64,000 nucleotides of DNA from Macrostomum lignano (taxonomy: Eukaryota), in contig NIVC01002987.1 in assembly GCA_002269645.1 (NCBI GenBank), positions 13,686 to 77,685 of the forward strand, in the 5' to 3' direction. The notes beneath the pieces are model-generated. The model saw only the letters and a program-made list of their open reading frames with translations, searched no databases and was not told the DNA's origin. Of this stretch, positions 58,601 through 64,000 are shown one piece after another. How positions within the stretch are numbered: the first letter of the stretch is position 1; every line of letters starts with the position of its first letter. The translations under genes were made by a program, and so were the position numbers.

Positions 58601-61600
58601 AAGAGGTTCTCGTCTCCTGGTACCTATGACTGGAAGAAGAAGAGGTTCTCGTCTCCTGGGACCTATGAATGGAAGAAGAAGAGGTTCTCGTCTCCTGGTA
58701 CCTATGACTGGAAGAAGAAGAGGTTCTCGTCTTCTGGAAGCCGTGGCTGAGAAAACAATCCAATATCGAACTATTTTGTCTGACAATAGCAGCAAAAAGG
58801 ACGTTTGTTGTTTCCACGAAAGCTTATCAGCATCCCTAATTACATTGCATCCTATGAGTACGACTCAGCTGACTAAAGCAAAGTTCGTTTCTGATGAATA
58901 AACGGCCTATTAAACTCGATTTCTATCTCGCTATCTCTTCTATTGATTTTCGAAGGAGATATTAAATAATTTGTTTATGCGAAGCCTACTGACGGCATGC
59001 AACGTCGTCTTTTTAAACTGAATTGCTCATCTGTCCACTAGTAGGCACTGGTTGAACTCGAGTTACCCGGCTATAGTGCTACCTGTACACTGTCTCTCTT
59101 TTCAACTGCTATTACCGGTGCTCGTGATCATAATTGGGGCCATATTCTAAATCCATCAGGGACAGGAAGGAGCTAACTGCATTGGCTCTCAAGCTGCAAG
59201 CGAAGAATAGCGCGCACAAGTGTCTTCAAGTGGCCGCCTATTGAACTGACCGGATAAACAAATAGGGCATCCAACTCCGATGTAGATGGCTAAAGAGACT
59301 ATTAAAGCAAAGCTATCCGGCATAAAAAAGTAAACAACGGCTTACAGTCGGCATAGGAAAAAAAATAGTGATGTGCAAGTCAGCTACCGAGTGCGAGCGA
59401 GCATGCAGTAGTCTAATACAGACTGCTTAGTAACCAGGAAAGGATGAAAAAAAACAAAATAAATCGTCATCTAGGCTGCGATTACTTGCGAGACGGTATG
59501 ACGAGACACACGGACCAAAGCATGCGACAGTGGATAGTATGAGCTAAATGGGGCTTGGCATGGGCCAATCCAGATATTGTTACTAATGCTAACTCAGTGA
59601 CCGAATTACCGACCAGTCATTTCTGTAATGTTTACGCTTTAAGTTCGTACCCCTATTTTTGTTGAGCATGTTCTCATACAATTAGTAGGCACACAGAAAA
59701 TCATTTCATTAGGACGAACTAAGAGCAGATTTCGGTGTCAGGGGAGCCCGTTGTAAGACACGAAAATCCCTCAAAGCTAATTCTTTGAGACATACGACCA
59801 CTCTGTGATAGAAAATCTGAGGCTAATTAGCACTGTAATGTGTAACACTATGGCCTTTAGAATTCCCCAAAAGTCTAAGTACTATTATTCCATATAGTGT
59901 TATAATGTTTTCCAACCTTAGCTTATCAAGTTTTTTTCAACACATCCCTTTCCCATCTTTCCTCATCCCAGAGACAAGCACCTGAGTCGCACAGGCGACT
60001 GGGACTCGGGTTCCCATGGCTGGGCCTTCGCATCACATTGTCCTCTGAAGTTTGCCGAGTCAGAGAGCTGCGCCTTCGCGAGTCTCGGTACCGCGATATC
60101 GCATTGGTTATATCGCCTGCCCTGCTCGCCTCCAACAGCTTGGAGATGGCCTCGATGCGCTTGCTTAGCGGAGCGGCCGACAGGTCTGCGAAAATTGGTT
60201 TGGCTCGCTTGGTTGCGAATTTTATTCGGTCTTGAACTGGCCGGACTTCTTGTGCAGGCCTTGGACGGCACATAATAGCTTGTTAGCTCTACTAAGGACT
60301 TGTCGCTTACTAAGGAAGTCATTCCAGCATGAATTTTTTCCAGCAAAGTCCTCAGACCCCTTCACTCGTCAAAGCTTTTAGTTTACTCCTTCAAATGTCA
60401 AATCTTTGTTAACAGCCACCTCACTCCCTAGCTCTCCCTAACCCCAAGCTCCCACAGCCACCTCACTCCCTAGCCCTCCCTAACCCCAAGCTCCTACAGC
60501 CACCTCACTCCCTAGCCCTCCCTAACCCCAAGCTCCTACAGCCACCTCACTCCCTAGCCCTCCCTAACCCCAAGCTCCTACAGCCACCTCACTCCCTAGC
60601 CCTCCCTAACCCCAAGCTCCTACAGCCACCTCACTCCCTAGCTCTCCCTAACCCCAAGCTCCGACAACCACTCCATCTTCCCTCGCAGTCCGAGTTGTTA
60701 CAAAATGTTTTCTACATCACTTGATTTCGATGATATAAAAACGCTTTCATCAATTTTACGTGATCATTCTCTTGTTTTTGCTCGGCCTTAGAACGAAATC
60801 TCAAAAGCACTCGTCGCAAAGAACTCTAGCAAAGTGTGGAACCATGCTCCACTCATCATGCCAACTAATGGCAGACAAAAAAAGCTTCTCCATTCGAAAA
60901 TGATAAAACGACGGCTTTGGAAGTCATAAATCACTGGATTTTTGCAGCAAGTCTCACTGGGTCCAATTCGTCACGGCCATCTTGGATGCTTGCATGAGAT
61001 CGGCTCAGCTGTCACAAGCATTTGGCTCACCTGTCAGCTAAAGCCTGCTTGGCATTGTAATTGGATAATTGGTCGGAACAAAGTGACTCCGGGAAATTTT
61101 TCAGCGCTGCTTAGCACATTGTCGGATCGGGGACAGACCGGGCTTTCGCACTTTTGATCCGGAGTGTCTGGATAAGCAAACATGCTGCAATCAATACACT
61201 ACAAATAAAATTGACTATAAATCTGGAAAGCAATCAGACTCAGGAGTGCTTATTTGCGAATTAATTATGGAATAAGTTCAACACATCGCCATCAAGCCTA
61301 TTGATCATAAAGAACTGGTTAGTTAATCATTCAATAGCCGTAGATAAGTGTTAGTCCGAACAGGCCCTAACCCTACCTGGATTGGAGTGCACACCGGTAG
61401 CTGTCTCGTTAAGCTTCTTAATCTGCTCCTTGCGCTGCAGACCGGAGGAGCTCCGCCTGCGATGCTGAAACTTGTCGTCATCGTCTACCATTAGCGTCAG
61501 TTCAGACTCGAAGCTCGGCTGCTGCATGGTGATGAGCGGCGGCCTGGTGTGGCTGCTGAAGAGTTTTCATTTTCGAACTAAATTCATTTCGTGCGCTTAC

Positions 61601-63615
61601 AAACTCTACTAAGCTCTATGTAGAAACTGAATCCAGGTAGACAACTTTCTGGACGCATTAAATCAGCCCATTCAATTGCCCACCAACGCTCCGCAAACGC
61701 CCAGAAAAATGATCTGGTGCGTCACTTTCGACGTCAAGGACACCGCAGTTCGACGTCTTATCGGAAAAAAGACCAGAGAGTGTTATTCGGTGCTGTGTTG
61801 ATATAAAATCAGATCTAACTGAGGTTAATCTTGCGAGTCAAGGGTGTGGAAAGAGCATCAGAAATATAAGCATAGCTAGTTGCAAAGGGCTTTGAATATT
61901 GCCTCAAATTAAGGCGACCATGCAGAAGCAAGCACACACGATTCACACACACGATGCACATTGCAGGCACTCGCTCACACAGGATGCACAGAATATGTGG
62001 CCGCATTCGGAATCGAACTCGGTGTATTTGGCTATTTAGAATGATTTTGTGATTGTAGAAAAGTACATTCATCGCGGTGCCACCCTGCTTTTTCAGCATC
62101 CTCACCGGAGTCCTCCATCGAGTCGCTTCCGTTGACCTCCGTCAGCTTCATTTGAGCGGACCGGGCCGTTCTCACAGACGCATCCACATCAAACTGAGCG
62201 TTTCCATGACAACGCGAAAGTCCTCGCGCCTCAGATTTGGATTGACAGTGTAGGGAATGAGGTGCGGCAGCACTTTAGTGGCAATCAGGCTGAAAGGTCA
62301 GGCCGAACTTCTTGTCGAAAGCATATGCTTGTAGATGTCTGCGAATATAACGATTGCTTCTGAATTGCCCTTGACTGAGCTGAACAAGTAAAAAATATCA
62401 CATTACTCACGAATAACTGCCATATAAATGTCGGTGTCCGTAAAGTTGATTTCCAGAAGGAACGGCAAATCTCCTCCAAAATGATCATCTTGTCCAGCCG
62501 ATCAATCAACTGATCTATGCAGGCCAGCGCGTTGATTTGCATCTGAAAAATCGAGAAAACGCACTTTTATCTATTATGAGTAGGCTAACTGTAACATGAC
62601 TGTCCGAATCTTTACTCACAGGCAGCAGGCTGGATCTGCGGCAGAAGACGCTTTCGCCTTTGGCAGAATTAGCCGCGCGCATCGTCTGCTCGTCGATGTG
62701 ATCTTGCAGTACAGCGAAGGAGTTCAGAGCCGCCTCCTGCGAGACGTGCGGGATAATGGTGTAAAATCTACTCTGTAACATTCGATGTTTAACGCGTCAC
62801 CCGTGCCTCACAAGTTCGTAAAGTTCCTATATATCTATCCAAATCTCAACCAGTCACCAGGTTCCCACCAACGCCGAGACTTACTTGTCCGGACGCGCTG
62901 TTGGACTCCAGCATCGCAAACACCAGAGGCAGCAGATCTTCTCTGATGTCCTCGTCTGAGAGTTTGTCAACCAGAACATCAATGTGCTCGACTATGACCA
63001 GACTGGTCTACAAGTTAATGGTACATAGCAAATGCCAATATTCAGAGAAGCAAAGGTAGGGCAAGAGGTTTCTTGCTATCTAATTCCTAAGATGGAGTTT
63101 AGAGCCCCGACTTTGGAAAATGGCTCGCAAAATGACTTGAAGAATCAATACTTGCAAAGGTTCAGATGTTCTGTTTAGAAACGAGTGAATTTTGAAAGAC
63201 CCTGAGATAATCCACTAGTGGCCTCGCCATTTAATCAACAAGATCAAGGATGAGGAAAATTCAATAAAATCTGCAACCATTCACTGATTTATGGGCAAAG
63301 CCTACTTATTGAAGGTAAAAATTAACGGTACCGTGCATACTTGAGCTACGCCAAAAATTTTGAAGGTGCCAAAACTGTTGAGCCTTCATGACCTACATTT
63401 GTTCAAGCAAACGCGCACACAGAATCAGGCCGCACCTGAGCAGTCTTGGGCCGGCGCAGCAGCTCCAGCAGCGGCTCGCACAGGTGAGCAGCAAACTCAG
63501 CCCGAGTGGCCTGCACAACCGCCTGGAACAGGCAGGGCAGCACGAAGTGGGTGAGCTCAGCCGCCTGGTGCAGGTTCTCAACCAGCAGTGGCACCACCCG
63601 CTTAAGCAGAATAGC
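55612..63615 (-). CDS. SCYL2: SCYL2/CVAK104-like pseudokinase gene: HEAT-repeat and C-terminal exons (partial; 5' part beyond window)
   Basis: Exons 63615-63436, 63007-62885, 62736-62620, 62542-62411 and 62338-62106 match SCYL2 HEAT text (AILLKRVVP..THFVLP, EDIREDLLPLVFAMLE, INALACIDQLIDRLDKMII, TKVLPHLIP). Low-complexity exons follow at 61555-61377, 61167-61031, 60259-59982, 56750-56638 and from 56115. Several 1-bp indels are present and the 3' end is uncertain. Confidence 0.75.
58211..58750 (+). CDS. Multi-copy neuropeptide precursor, 179 aa
   Basis: Signal peptide MRRAVACVVILTWILCEVRSA, then ten FSSPGTY(D/E)W units separated by KR/KKKR and a final FSSSGSRG. Differences between the ten units are almost all synonymous. 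Confidence 0.88.
   Translation: MRRAVACVVILTWILCEVRSAEMTQNQHLTESKGELEKAKRFSSPGTYDWKKKRFSSPGTYDWKKKRFSSPGTYDWKKKRFSSPGTYDWKKKRFSSPGTYDWKKKRFSSPGTYDWKKKRFSSPGTYDWKKKRFSSPGTYDWKKKRFSSPGTYEWKKKRFSSPGTYDWKKKRFSSSGSRG
60415..60660. repeat. Intronic minisatellite, ~41-bp unit
   Basis: cagccacctcactccctagccctccctaaccccaagctccta repeated about 6 times. Confidence 0.9.
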
Positions 63616-63709
63616 CTGCAAAGGTGAACGGAAGGTTGCAAAAAGTAATTGTTTGCATGAGGGCTGTGCACTACCATGGAGCGGGAGTCAGACGCGTTCA
63701 CCTTGGAGC

Positions 63710-64000
63710 TGCTCTGTTCTCAGAAGGGGGTTCAGTCCTGCTCTGTTCTCAGAAGGGGGTTCAGTCCTGCTCTGTTCTCAGAAGGGGGTTCAGTCCTGCT
63801 CTGTTCTCAGAAGGGGGTTCAGTCCTGCTCTGTTCTCAGAAGGGGTTCAGTCCTGCTCTGCTTCTCAGAAGGGGGTTCAGTCCTGCTCTGTCTCAGAAGG
63901 GGGTTCAGTCCTGCTCTGTCTCAGAAGGGGGTTCAGTCCTGCTCTGCTCTCAGAAGGGGTTCAGTCCTGCTCTGCTCTCAGAAGGGGGTTCAGTCCTGCT
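63710..64000. repeat. Minisatellite, ~28-29-bp unit, running off the window
   Basis: cctgctctgttctcagaagggggttcagt repeats. Confidence 0.9.

Noticed and set aside
58188-58901. Minus-strand ORFs overlapping the neuropeptide repeat
   Set aside because: Antisense shadows; synonymous variation and the signal peptide support only the plus frame starting at 58211.

Overview
Animal genomic DNA with spliceosomal introns, GC-rich exons and introns packed with minisatellites. The style suggests a free-living flatworm such as Macrostomum; this is an inference, not verified. Most long entries in the ORF track are tandem-repeat artefacts that hide real multi-exon genes, which I reconstructed by hand from splice signals. 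Genes: Abitram/FAM206A, an orphan membrane protein, an inward-rectifier K+ channel, a synaptotagmin-like TM+C2 gene, a 4-exon DNMT3-family gene (PWWP-ADD plus an apparently dead methyltransferase domain), a divergent G-alpha with three substitutions predicted to impair GTP hydrolysis or GAP action, a 6-exon highly divergent Rel/NF-kB-like gene, ceramide glucosyltransferase, and a SCYL2-like gene (partial, with indels) that carries a multi-copy neuropeptide precursor nested in an intron. Non-coding highlights are sharply bounded AT-rich blocks (about 20.76-23.4, 23.94-26.17 and 39.44-44.08 kb) almost devoid of CpG and enriched in TAGGCCTA, which look like C-to-T hypermutated repeat DNA. MITEs, SINEs, LINE fragments and many tandem arrays are also present. 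Alignments were made by eye against remembered reference motifs and counts are by eye; no database searches were run.
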